Source: Verrucomicrobiota bacterium (GTDB taxonomy: Bacteria; Verrucomicrobiota; Verrucomicrobiia; Verrucomicrobiales; DEV007). Taken from it: a DNA stretch of 21,558 nt. The stretch spans positions 1-21,558 of the forward strand of contig JASFYY010000088.1 in NCBI GenBank assembly GCA_045046875.1, in the 5' to 3' direction. Shown here one piece after another: positions 1 to 8,995 of the stretch (position 1 is the first letter of the stretch; every line of letters begins with the position of its first letter). The notes under the pieces were generated by a model. That model saw only the letters and a program-made list of their open reading frames with translations, searched no databases and was not told the origin of the DNA. Made by a program: the position numbers and the translations under genes.

Positions 1-997
1 CATGCAGCTCATGCAAATCATCGCCTTGTTTCCTCAATTGAGGATAAACCCCGAACGACGGGTTTTCTGCCGTCACCATCCCTCTTTTCCTCCATGGCTG
101 GGGGTAATATCCCAAATACCACGGCTCCCAATAATTAATACTCCGATGCTCGTCATTAAAAACAATGCCCGGGTCCGACCACGCCGAGCAGGCAAATTTG
201 TCAAACAGGCAGGAAGCGAACATCGCCCACTTACCTCCATAAGAATGCCCCACAATGCCAATCCGCTTTGCATCCACACCTTCATGGTTAGCCAAAGCAA
301 ACCAGGCATTGGCTGCCGCGTAAGCCAACATCGACATCGGCTGCACCTTGGCATCTTTGATACCAGGCCAGTAAAGTGAATAGGTTTTATTATCCGTCGT
401 TGCCCGGGTTCCTATCGACAAAGTGACAAAACCCCGCCTGGCCAGTTGATAAGCAAAGTCGCGCAGCTCATTGCCCTTCCCCACTGCCGTCTCAGGTTCA
501 TAATATACCGTGACCACCGCAGGCAGCTGCCCCTTGGCATTCTGAGGAATCAGTAAATAGCCATCCGTGACCTCATTCGGCAACCAGCGAAAGCGGATTT
601 TGTGCTCGGTGAAGTTCTCTCTTTTTTCTGAACTAACAATCTCCAGTTTCTGCTCCGTCAACAAAGCCGGCCACTGCCCCATCATCCCATTCCAATGATC
701 GAGAATTTCCTGACGTCGTTTTCCCCAATCCGCTGCGGTCTTAACCTCACTGCCATCACGAAATTTCAAAGGCGAGCGGAAGTCTCCATAATCTCCCGCG
801 TATTTCTCAGGCACCACAAAATCCGCTGCGATATAGTTCCAGTTTTGCCCACTGTTTCCCCCCTCATTCTGCCCACGAGCTGCAGAGCAGAACAAAACTG
901 TCATCAACAGTGATCCCAAACAACGCTTCGCAAGTGTGCCTCCAGCAGGCTGAACCCCACCGCTATATTCCCTACTGCTGATTTTTATTTTTTTCAT
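1..997 (-). CDS. Secreted alpha/beta hydrolase (dienelactone hydrolase/acetyl esterase-like), 3'-truncated by the window edge
   Basis: Manual translation gives an uninterrupted - strand frame from ATG 997 to the edge (...LPAVVTVYYEPETAVG...DFAYQLARRGFVTLSIG...VDAKRIGIVGHSYGGKWAMFASCL...DLHELH). The G-H-S-Y-G nucleophile elbow lies at 233-250 and a hydrophobic signal-like segment (LGSLLMTVLFCSAARG) is near the start. Absent from the ORF track because no stop codon falls in the window. The start is uncertain (997 or downstream, e.g. ATG 904). Confidence 0.85.
   Translation of the reverse strand, partial: MKKIKISSREYSGGVQPAGGTLAKRCLGSLLMTVLFCSAARGQNEGGNSGQNWNYIAADFVVPEKYAGDYGDFRSPLKFRDGSEVKTAADWGKRRQEILDHWNGMMGQWPALLTEQKLEIVSSEKRENFTEHKIRFRWLPNEVTDGYLLIPQNAKGQLPAVVTVYYEPETAVGKGNELRDFAYQLARRGFVTLSIGTRATTDNKTYSLYWPGIKDAKVQPMSMLAYAAANAWFALANHEGVDAKRIGIVGHSYGGKWAMFASCLFDKFACSAWSDPGIVFNDEHRSINYWEPWYLGYYPQPWRKRGMVTAENPSFGVYPQLRKQGDDLHELH
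943..966 (-). repeat. Degenerate REP-like hairpin (ATAG + 7-bp stem + 6-nt loop)
   Basis: The - strand reads ATAG CGGTGGG GTTCAG CCTGCTG. All 7 stem positions pair if 3 G.T wobbles are allowed. Geometry matches the elements at 7709 and 18067. Confidence 0.3.
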
Positions 998-1050
998 TGA
1001 ATCCACAAGGGAATCTAATCATGCTTTGACGACTGATCCAGTTGCTTTAC

Positions 1051-3438
1051 ATGAATCCCGCTTATTCCCAATATTGCCTGTTCCGAACACTGACTGCGGT
1101 CACCTTGTTTTCGCTTTTACCAGCCAAGCAGCAAGCAGCTACTCCGGATCTCAAAAAAACAGCCAGCGTCGCCACCCACTTCTTCGAAGAACACTGCTAC
1201 GAATGCCATGATGAGGATTCTACCAAAGGAGATCTAAACCTTTATGAACTCCCGCTGAAACTCGATACCCAGCAACAAACCCGGCAATGGGCGCAGGTTT
1301 TTGAAAAAATCGAGTCAGGCGAAATGCCTCCGGCAAAAAAGAAACGACCCGCCAAGACTGAAAAAAAACAACTGCTCTCCGCCCTTGCCCCGCCCCTGAC
1401 TCTAGCCGACAAAAAATACCGGCAAGTGGTACTTCGGCGGCTCAACCGGATAGAATATCAAAACACCCTGCACGACCTGTTGCACATCGACATCGATCTT
1501 GCCTCTCACCTGCCCGAGGATGCCAAAGCCCACGGTTTTGACAACATCGGCGCCGCTCTGTCGATTTCTACCGAACAAATCGCCGCTTATCTAAAAACCG
1601 CTGACCTCGCTCTCGACGCCGCCTTCGGCCCGGAAAAACGCCCCGAAACTAAAACCTGGCACACCGACCTCAAAGACAAAGGCCGGTTGAAACGAAATCT
1701 CGGTTCTCTGTTACGCGACGATCCTGAAGGTATCGTGATGTTTTCCTCATATTATTCGCCAACCAATTTCTGGGGGTTCATGGTTAGAGAACCCGGACGC
1801 TACAAAATCAAATTAAAAGCCCGCGCAGTGCAAAGCGAAACCCCTCTGATCATGCGGGTCTATGCCGGGGACGTCATCGCCGGACGCCGGGAAAAACATC
1901 TGGTCGGGCACTACAGCTTGAACCCCGGCGAGCAATGGACCACCATCGAATTTGAGGATCACTTCGAACGTTATGACTCGGTGAAAGTCATTCCCTACCG
2001 CAACGGCGGGCATATCAAAGACGCCAAAACATCAGACCGCCCGGGTATCCTGGTGGGCAAAGCAGAAATGACCGGACCTATCATCGATCAATGGCCGCCA
2101 GCCAGTCGTGTTGCGTTGCTAGGCAACATCAACATCCATAGTGCCAGCCTGGCCGAAGCGGAACACATTCTCACTCGTTTCCTGCCGCGTGCCTTCCGCC
2201 GAAGAACATCAAAAAAGGAAATCCAAATATACAGCAATCTCTTCAAAGCCGCGCGTGCGCAAAAGCGCGACTTTATGGATTCATTACGAGTGGCCTTGAA
2301 AGCCGTGCTGGTCTCACCCGAATTCCTTTTCCTCGATGAGCCCGGCAGCAAAACCGGGCAGCTCAACGACTACGCACTGGCCTGTCGGCTGTCCTATTTC
2401 CTCTGGTCCACCATGCCCGATCAACAACTGCTGACTCTGGCCGCCCGCCGGGATCTGCGCAAACCCGAAATATTGCGCCAACAAACCGAACGTCTACTGA
2501 GTGATCCCAAAAGCCGGGCCTTCACCGACAACTTCACCGGCCAATGGCTCGAATTGCGCGAGATCGATTTCACTGAACCCGACAAAAACCTTTATCCCGA
2601 ATTTGATGAACTTCTCAAGGTGGCCATGGTCGAGGAAAGCCACCGCTTTTTTCAAGAAATTCTCGATCAGGATCTCAGTCTCAGCAACTTCATCGACTCC
2701 GACTGGTTGATCCTCAATGAGCGCCTGGCCGAACACTACGGCATCGACAGCGTCAAAGGACTGCACTACCGCAAGGTGAAGCGTCCGGCCAATAGTGTGC
2801 GGGGCGGAGTGCTGACCCAGGCCGCAGTTTTAAAAGTGACCGCCAACGGCACCAACACATCCCCGGTGCTGCGCGGCGTGTGGGTGCTCGATCGCATCCT
2901 CGGCCAACCCGCCCCTCCCCCTCCTCGCGGCGTACCCTCCGTCGAGCCAGACATCCGCGGAGCCACTACCCTGCGTGAACAATTGGAAAAACACCGCAAC
3001 GTAGAGTCCTGCGCCACCTGTCATATCAAAATCGACCCGCCCGGTTTTGCCTTGGAGAACTTCAACGTCATCGGCGGATGGCGGGAGAACTACCGCAGCC
3101 TCGGCGAAGGCAAGCGCATCACCGACAAATACATCGATAGTTACAATCATGTGCGAGTGCGCTACAAAATCGGTCTACCTGTTGATGCCACAGGAACTAG
3201 CTCTGACGGCAAAGCCTTCAGTAATATCACCGAGTTCAAGAAACTGCTGCTACGTGATCAAAAAAGCATCGCCCATGGACTCACCAAAAACCTTGCAACT
3301 TACGCCACCGGCAGATCACTCGGTTTCTCAGACCGCGCCACCCTATACCAACTGGTCAAAGCTTCGCAGAAAAACAACTACGGCTTGCGCAGCCTCATCC
3401 ACGAAATCGTGCAATCACCTATTTTCAAGCAACCTTGA
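1051..3438 (+). CDS. DUF1592 domain-containing protein with planctomycete-type cytochrome c domain (PSCyt1/DUF1587/DUF1595/DUF1592/DUF1588/DUF1585 architecture)
   Basis: Signal-like N-terminus; CYECH (1195-1209) followed by GEMPP; LRRLNRIEYQNTLHDLL; LACRLSYFLWSTMPD; RGGVLTQAAVLKVTANGTNTSPVLRGVWVL; second heme motif CATCH (3010-3024). ATG 1051 is preferred over TTG 1042. Confidence 0.9.
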   Translation: MNPAYSQYCLFRTLTAVTLFSLLPAKQQAATPDLKKTASVATHFFEEHCYECHDEDSTKGDLNLYELPLKLDTQQQTRQWAQVFEKIESGEMPPAKKKRPAKTEKKQLLSALAPPLTLADKKYRQVVLRRLNRIEYQNTLHDLLHIDIDLASHLPEDAKAHGFDNIGAALSISTEQIAAYLKTADLALDAAFGPEKRPETKTWHTDLKDKGRLKRNLGSLLRDDPEGIVMFSSYYSPTNFWGFMVREPGRYKIKLKARAVQSETPLIMRVYAGDVIAGRREKHLVGHYSLNPGEQWTTIEFEDHFERYDSVKVIPYRNGGHIKDAKTSDRPGILVGKAEMTGPIIDQWPPASRVALLGNINIHSASLAEAEHILTRFLPRAFRRRTSKKEIQIYSNLFKAARAQKRDFMDSLRVALKAVLVSPEFLFLDEPGSKTGQLNDYALACRLSYFLWSTMPDQQLLTLAARRDLRKPEILRQQTERLLSDPKSRAFTDNFTGQWLELREIDFTEPDKNLYPEFDELLKVAMVEESHRFFQEILDQDLSLSNFIDSDWLILNERLAEHYGIDSVKGLHYRKVKRPANSVRGGVLTQAAVLKVTANGTNTSPVLRGVWVLDRILGQPAPPPPRGVPSVEPDIRGATTLREQLEKHRNVESCATCHIKIDPPGFALENFNVIGGWRENYRSLGEGKRITDKYIDSYNHVRVRYKIGLPVDATGTSSDGKAFSNITEFKKLLLRDQKSIAHGLTKNLATYATGRSLGFSDRATLYQLVKASQKNNYGLRSLIHEIVQSPIFKQP

Positions 3439-3465
3439 GCCCCCCCTCCTACCATTTTCCAGCCT

Positions 3466-4719
3466 ATGAACCGCAGACATTTTTTACGCGCCTCAGGCGT
3501 CTCCATCGGACTGCCATTTCTCGAAGCCCTGTTACCCGCCGACAATAAAGCGGCTGAAGCGGCTCTTTCAAAAAAACGCATGGTCGCCATCAATATTGGA
3601 CTTGGGCTTCATGCCGGCAATCTCATTCCCGAACAAAGCGGTCACGAATACAAAATCACGCCCTACCTCAAATCCATTGAAACTTTTCGCAAACAATTCA
3701 CCATCATATCCGGCTCATCCCACCCGGGCGTGGATGGGGGGCACTCGGCTGAAAAATCTTTCCTCACCGCCGCTGCTCACCCCGGCGCGACCAGTTTCAA
3801 GAACACCGTATCCCTCGACCAGTTGGCCGCCGAGCAGATCGGTGTGAACACCCGTTATTCAACACTCTGCCTCAGCCTCGCCGGACGTGGTCTCTCCTGG
3901 TCACGCGGAGGAGTCGAAATCCCTTCCGAGACCCGCCCTTCCCAGGTATTCGCCAAACTCTTCCTCGAAGGCAAAGCCAGGGAGAAAGCCTTGCAGATCC
4001 AGCGGCTCAAGGACGGACAATCCATTCTTGACAGCGTCATGGTTAAAATCAAGCAAATGGAAAAACGCCTAACTGGAAACGACCGGGCCAAGCTCGACGA
4101 ATACTTCACCGCCCTGCGTGAAGCAGAGCAGCGTTTGGTCAAAGGCGAAGAATGGGAGCACAAAAGCAAACCCAAAGTAGATGTCAAAACTCCCGTCGAC
4201 ATTCAGGACCGCACCGATGTGATCAATAAAGCCCGCCTGATGTATGACATGATGCATTTGGCGTTGCAAACCGACTCCACCCGCCTGATCACTTTTTTCA
4301 AAAACGGCATCAACGCCGTGCCCAAGGTCAAAGGAGTCAGTCAGGATTACCACAACCTCTCCCATCACGGTAAGGATCCCAAAAAAATCAAAGAACTCAC
4401 CATCATCGAACAAGCCCAGATGCAAGCCTTCGCCGAATTCCTCGGCAAACTGCAACAAACAAAAGAAGGCGACAGCAGCCTACTCGATCACACCATGGTG
4501 CTGATGGGTTCCAATCTAGGCAACGCCTCCAACCACAACAACCGCAACCTGCCAATCATCCTAGCCGGCGGAAGCTTCAAACACGACCAACATCTAGCTT
4601 TTGATCAAAGCACCAACTACGCCCTGCCCAAACTCTACGTCTCCATGCTGCAACAACTAGGCATCGAAACCGACACCTTCGCCGGCACCACAGGCACCAT
4701 GCAAGGCCTAGAAACCTGA
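3466..4719 (+). CDS. DUF1552 (HXXSHH) domain-containing protein, Tat-type signal
   Basis: N-terminus [29 protein letters not shown] motif; [19 protein letters not shown]. Canonical partner immediately downstream of a DUF1592 gene. Confidence 0.92.
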   Translation: MNRRHFLRASGVSIGLPFLEALLPADNKAAEAALSKKRMVAINIGLGLHAGNLIPEQSGHEYKITPYLKSIETFRKQFTIISGSSHPGVDGGHSAEKSFLTAAAHPGATSFKNTVSLDQLAAEQIGVNTRYSTLCLSLAGRGLSWSRGGVEIPSETRPSQVFAKLFLEGKAREKALQIQRLKDGQSILDSVMVKIKQMEKRLTGNDRAKLDEYFTALREAEQRLVKGEEWEHKSKPKVDVKTPVDIQDRTDVINKARLMYDMMHLALQTDSTRLITFFKNGINAVPKVKGVSQDYHNLSHHGKDPKKIKELTIIEQAQMQAFAEFLGKLQQTKEGDSSLLDHTMVLMGSNLGNASNHNNRNLPIILAGGSFKHDQHLAFDQSTNYALPKLYVSMLQQLGIETDTFAGTTGTMQGLET

Positions 4720-4730
4720 CAACAAAAAGC

Positions 4731-4767
4731 TCCCCATAATATTTCCGATCATTTAATTTTATGGGGA
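4731..4767. repeat. Inverted repeat upstream of the transposase (terminator or HUH-element end hairpin)
   Basis: TCCCCATAATATT (4731-4743) and AATTTTATGGGGA (4755-4767) are complementary at 12/13 positions, with an 11-nt loop. Confidence 0.6.
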
Positions 4768-4789
4768 CTGACCTCACTTGTATTTTTAC

Positions 4790-4818
4790 TTGTTCTTTTT
4801 CGGACCGGGTGATAAACT
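4790..4818 (+). promoter_or_regulatory. Putative sigma70 promoter of the transposase (leaderless arrangement)
   Basis: TTGTTC (4790-4795)-N17-TAAACT (4813-4818) with an extended TG at 4810-4811. ATG 4826 follows after 7 nt and there is no Shine-Dalgarno. Confidence 0.5.
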
Positions 4819-4825
4819 GTCCTGT

Positions 4826-5878
4826 ATGAGAAAGACACGTGCGTTTTTGTTGGGAGAAAAGGGGCAGACGAACTATTATCATGTGGTGAGCCGGACGGCG
4901 GGCAAATACAGGTTGTTTGAAGATGATGAAAAGGAAGCTTTTCGTTATATTCTGATGAGACAGCTGAAGTTCAGTGGACTGCGAGCACTGGCTTGGTGCT
5001 TTATGGGCAATCACTTCCATTTGCTGTTGGAGGTGCCGGATAAGGAAATGGCAACGCAGGACTGGACGGATGAGGATTACATCAAACGTTTAAATGTTCT
5101 CCGCAGAGAGTGGAGCACACATCAACTACTGGGGGAAGTCGAAGCGCACTGGGAGAATGGGAATGATAAAAGGATCACTGAAATTGCGGTAGCCGTGAAG
5201 GAGCGCCTATTTGATTTGTCGATGTTCATGAAAGAGCTGAAAATGAAGATGACCCTGGCTTTTAACAAGGCTCATGACCGTGAGGGGGCTTTGTGGCAAG
5301 GACGCTTTAAGAGCGTGCTACTGGAAAGTGGTGATGCCGTGCGCACGGTAGCTGCCTATATCGATCTAAATCCGGTTCGTGCCGGTATCGTAAGCGAACC
5401 GGAAAACTACCGTTGGTGTTCGTATGCTGCAGCGGTGGCCGGAGTGAAAAGTGCTCGCCAGGCTCTGACTTTTGCGGTGGTGGGGCGGCAACGGGTCGCA
5501 TGGAAAAAGGTTGAAGCAGATTATCGTTGTTTATTATACGGATCAGGAGATGAGCGATTGGGCGGTGAAACACCAGAGGGAAGCAAGCCTTGGAAAGGAG
5601 GTTTCACTCAGCAGCAGATTGAGAAAGTATGGCATGCGGGTGGCAAATTGCCATTGGCGGCAGCTTTGCGCTGCCGGGTTCGCTACTTTAGCGATGGAGC
5701 AGTGCTTGGCGGGCAGAACTATGTGGACAATTTTTTTAACCACAACCGCGAACACTTCAGTGAACGCCGGAAAGACGGTGGACGAAAAATGCGCGGAGCG
5801 CAGTGGGGCGATCTGCGAGTACTGCGCGATTTAGGAACAGGTATGCTTAAGTCAAAAGCTCAATCTCCTGACCAATAG
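4826..5878 (+). mobile_element. REP-associated tyrosine transposase (RAYT-like, HUH/Y1_Tnp family), long form of about 350 aa
   Basis: YHVVSR N-terminal motif; MGNHFHLLL HUH motif (HFH at 5012-5020); GALWQGRFKS; catalytic-Tyr motif YIDLNPVRAG (Y at 5357-5359); YRWCSY. ATG 4826 is preferred over TTG 4778. Confidence 0.88.
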
Positions 5879-6033
5879 TCTTGAGTCCAAAAATAGAGCT
5901 CACCAGAAATCGATTCTCAGAACTACCTCCTTTCGACCTGACAAATTTTACCCGACAAAGTCTTCAAAATTAGCGTATATACGTATCAACATTCGCTTGC
6001 CCCAAGCCCCTCCCCCGCTTTCTCTTAACCATC

Positions 6034-7605
6034 ATGATGAAAACCATCCCCGCCCTGATATTCAGCCTGCTGTTGTTCACAGCCCTCACGACTTTCGCTG
6101 CCGAGCAAGCTCCCAACATCATCGTCATTCTCGCCGACGATCTGGGTTACGGTGACCTGCATCGTGACGGAGGCCTACCGCCTACCCCAAACTGCGACCG
6201 TCTCGCTACGGAAGGCATGCGCTTCACCGATGCCCACACCACTTCATCCGTCTGTACCCCCACCCGCTACGGCATCCTCACCGGGCGTTACAACTGGCGC
6301 TCGACGCTGAAAAAAAGCGTTTTATTTGGCCTCGATCAACCACTCATCCCTACAAGCCGCCTCACCCTGCCTGCTTTTTTAAAAAAACAGGACTACCACA
6401 CCTCCATCGTTGGAAAATGGCACCTCGGCCTCGGCTGGCAAAAACTACCCAATGGCGAAAAACGCCAAGCCTTGAGCGGCAAAACCGAAGGCGAAGGCTG
6501 GGACATCGACTACAGCAAAAAAGTCAGCGGTGGCCCGACCACACTCGGCTTTGATCAATCCTACATCATTCCTGCCTCGCTGGACATGTTTCCCTATGTC
6601 TACCTGAAAGACGACAAACCGACCCAAGTAGCTACCGTGACCAAAGCCTTTTTCCGCCCCGGGCCTTCAGGCGCCGATTTTGAAGCGATCAAATGCCTGC
6701 GTGATTTTGCCCGAGAATCCCGCACTTACATCAAAACCCGCGCCGCGAAAAAAGATCACCCCTTTTTCCTCTACCTACCGCTCACCAGCCCTCACACTCC
6801 GATCGTGCCCTCGGCAGCCTGGCAGGGCAAATCCGGCATCGGCTCCTACGGCGATTTCCTGATGGAAACCGATTGGGTCGTCGGTGAGGTCTTGGCCGAA
6901 CTCGACGCACAGAAGCTGGCAAAGAACACCCTGGTGATTTTTGTCACCGACAATGGTTGCTCCCCTGCGGCAAAAATCCCCGACCTGGTAGCTCAAGGGC
7001 ACAAACCCAACGGCGCCTTACGCGGACACAAAGCCGACATTTATGAAGGCGGTCACCGTATCCCCTTCATCGTGCGCTGGCCGGCCAAAGTAAAGCCCGG
7101 CAGCACCGCTCACCAGACCATCTGCACATCGGACATTTTTGCCACCGTAGCCGACATCAACGGCCAACTCGATACCATACCAGCTAATGCCGCAGAGGAT
7201 TCTTTTTCCCTATTACCCATTCTCACCGGCGACAATAGCGGCAAAGCCATCAGGCCTTTCACCATCCATCACTCTATCAACGGCTCTTTCGCCATCCGCA
7301 AAGGCAAATGGAAGCTCGCCCTGTGCCCGGGATCAGGAGGCTGGAGCACACCCAAGCCCAAAAAAGCACTGAAAGACCTTACACTGCCCAATGTGCAACT
7401 CTTTGATCTCGAAGCCGACCTCGCCGAGCAACACAACCTGCAAGACCAACACCCTGAACTCGTCAAACAGCTGGTCAACGAACTAGCCACCGCCATCAAC
7501 AAGGGCCGCACCACCCCTGGTCCGAAACAAAACAACGAAGGTTACCCCGACACCTTCTCCCAACGAGTGTTAAAAGAATTTCCTATCCTCGCGGAGAAAA
7601 AATAA
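6034..7605 (+). CDS. Arylsulfatase (family S1, Cys-type), secreted
   Basis: Signal peptide; PNIIVILADDLGYGD; formylglycine motif CTPTRYGILTGR (C at 6253); GKWHLG; TDNG; YEGGHRIPFIVRWP. Confidence 0.95.
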   Translation: MMKTIPALIFSLLLFTALTTFAAEQAPNIIVILADDLGYGDLHRDGGLPPTPNCDRLATEGMRFTDAHTTSSVCTPTRYGILTGRYNWRSTLKKSVLFGLDQPLIPTSRLTLPAFLKKQDYHTSIVGKWHLGLGWQKLPNGEKRQALSGKTEGEGWDIDYSKKVSGGPTTLGFDQSYIIPASLDMFPYVYLKDDKPTQVATVTKAFFRPGPSGADFEAIKCLRDFARESRTYIKTRAAKKDHPFFLYLPLTSPHTPIVPSAAWQGKSGIGSYGDFLMETDWVVGEVLAELDAQKLAKNTLVIFVTDNGCSPAAKIPDLVAQGHKPNGALRGHKADIYEGGHRIPFIVRWPAKVKPGSTAHQTICTSDIFATVADINGQLDTIPANAAEDSFSLLPILTGDNSGKAIRPFTIHHSINGSFAIRKGKWKLALCPGSGGWSTPKPKKALKDLTLPNVQLFDLEADLAEQHNLQDQHPELVKQLVNELATAINKGRTTPGPKQNNEGYPDTFSQRVLKEFPILAEKK

Positions 7606-7610
7606 CTCCC

Positions 7611-7634
7611 GTAGTGCAGGCTTCCAACCCGCAC
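7611..7634 (+). repeat. REP-like element (GTAG + imperfect palindrome)
   Basis: GTAGTGCAGGCTTCCAACCCGCAC, 5 nt after the sulfatase stop. The stem GTGCAGGCT/AACCCGCAC pairs at 7/9, and the two mismatches are G.T on the opposite strand. Confidence 0.6.
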
Positions 7635-7708
7635 ACTTCCACCACACGGCAATACCCCTCATTTCCCATACATTGGTTCTCATAATCCCTTTCTCCCCCA
7701 CCACTCTC

Positions 7709-7732
7709 GACGGGTGGGGATACCCGTCCTAC
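7709..7732 (-). repeat. REP-like element (GTAG + perfect 7-bp hairpin)
   Basis: The - strand reads GTAG GACGGGT ATCCCC ACCCGTC. It is inverted relative to 7611-7634. Confidence 0.72.
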
Positions 7733-7794
7733 GTCGCCCTCCCCCTATTCCCCTCGACGGCAGCGCCACAAGCAAGCTTCCCCCAAAATTCCCA

Positions 7795-7823
7795 TTGCCA
7801 AGCGCCCCGCTTCGGATTAGACA
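7795..7823 (+). promoter_or_regulatory. Putative sigma70 promoter, leaderless arrangement
   Basis: TTGCCA (7795-7800)-N17-TAGACA (7818-7823)-N6-ATG 7830, with no Shine-Dalgarno. Confidence 0.4.
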
Positions 7824-7829
7824 AACAAC

Positions 7830-8948
7830 ATGTCTCAAGAGGAATCCTTTTACATCGTCCCGCCCGAACAACACAAACAGCTGGTGCACGGCGCCTATCT
7901 GGCTCGTGGTTATAACAGCAGCGAAGCCGAAGCCGCCGCCACCATGTGCGCCAACGCTTCGCATCACGGCATCCGCACCCACAACGCGCTGAAAGCGCTG
8001 CACCTCGACGAACTCTTTGGCAGCGGCAGCGGCGGCTGTGTTCCCAACGCTGAGATCGAAGTGATCGAATCAAAATTCAAAGCCGTTCAAACTTGGAACG
8101 CCCATCGCAAACTTGGTCAAGCCGTGGCCATAGATGCAATGAACACCTGCATGACACTCGCCGACGAATACGGCGTCGGCATCGTCGCCGTGGACAACGC
8201 CTTTCACTACCTATGGGGAGGCGGCTACGTCATCGACGCAGCAAAAAAAGGCTACATCGCCTACACCAACTGCACCTCGACCCTATCCGAAGTGGTTCCC
8301 TTTGGCGGCAAATACCCAACCCTAGGCACCAATCCGCACAGTTGGGGCTTCCCCACCTGTGACGCCGTCGGCTACCCCGTCGTGCTCGACTGGGCCACGT
8401 CCACCGTCGCCATGGGTCGCGTACAACAACTCAAACGCGAAGGTAAAGAACTTCCACCCAACGCCGCCATCGACAGCGACGGCAACATGACCACCGACCC
8501 CAATCAGGTCGCCGCCCTACTCCCCTTCGGAGCGCACAAAGGATACGGCCTCTGCCTCTTAAACGAACTTTACGGAGCCGTCATCGGCGGCTCCCTCCCC
8601 ACCTTGCGCGGGCGCGCCGACGAAGCCAAAGCCGCAGGTGAAAAATCCACCACAGCTTTCTATTTTCAAGTCATCCACCCCGACGCCCTGAGCGGACGGG
8701 ATTTCTCGAAAAACCGCAGCCAGGCAGAAAACATCACCGCCGTGATCAAAGACGTGCTCGGACACGGCAATGAAAACTGCATGTTGCCCGGCACCATCGA
8801 AGCCAACAACGCCAAGCGCAGCGAAAAAGCCGGCGGCCTGCTGTTCTCCGCCGCCGAACTCGAAGAATTCGCCGAACTCGCCACCGAATGCAAACTCGAC
8901 CCCGCCCCCTGGTCCACCCAAAACCTCCCCCTCTTCACCGAAGCTTAA
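7830..8948 (+). CDS. Ldh_2 family oxidoreductase (malate/L-lactate/ureidoglycolate/diketogulonate/sulfolactate dehydrogenase-like)
   Basis: HGIRTH; GVGIVAVDNAFH; LGTNPHSWG; LDWATSTVAMG; LLPFGAHKGYGL. These are hallmark LDH2-family motifs. Confidence 0.9.
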   Translation: MSQEESFYIVPPEQHKQLVHGAYLARGYNSSEAEAAATMCANASHHGIRTHNALKALHLDELFGSGSGGCVPNAEIEVIESKFKAVQTWNAHRKLGQAVAIDAMNTCMTLADEYGVGIVAVDNAFHYLWGGGYVIDAAKKGYIAYTNCTSTLSEVVPFGGKYPTLGTNPHSWGFPTCDAVGYPVVLDWATSTVAMGRVQQLKREGKELPPNAAIDSDGNMTTDPNQVAALLPFGAHKGYGLCLLNELYGAVIGGSLPTLRGRADEAKAAGEKSTTAFYFQVIHPDALSGRDFSKNRSQAENITAVIKDVLGHGNENCMLPGTIEANNAKRSEKAGGLLFSAAELEEFAELATECKLDPAPWSTQNLPLFTEA

Positions 8949-8955
8949 TCATTCC

Positions 8956-8987
8956 TTCTGGCTACTGAATTCTAACTCCTGACTCCT
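8956..8987 (+). repeat. Short degenerate heptamer tandem repeat
   Basis: TTCTGGC TACTGAA TTCTAAC TCCTGAC TCCT: about 4.5 units of 7-nt period (TnCTRRM) filling the intergenic gap. Confidence 0.5.
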
Positions 8988-8995
8988 TCTCAAAA

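Noticed and set aside
2..913. ORF-track entries 2..379, 73..354 and 695..913
   Set aside because: These are shadow frames of the real - strand hydrolase gene (1..997).
4826..6033. IS200/IS605 element with TnpB or a guide RNA
   Set aside because: No tnpB/iscB ORF is adjacent. The protein is about 350 aa with NPVRAG-type RAYT motifs rather than a ~150-aa TnpA, and no structured RNA is evident downstream.
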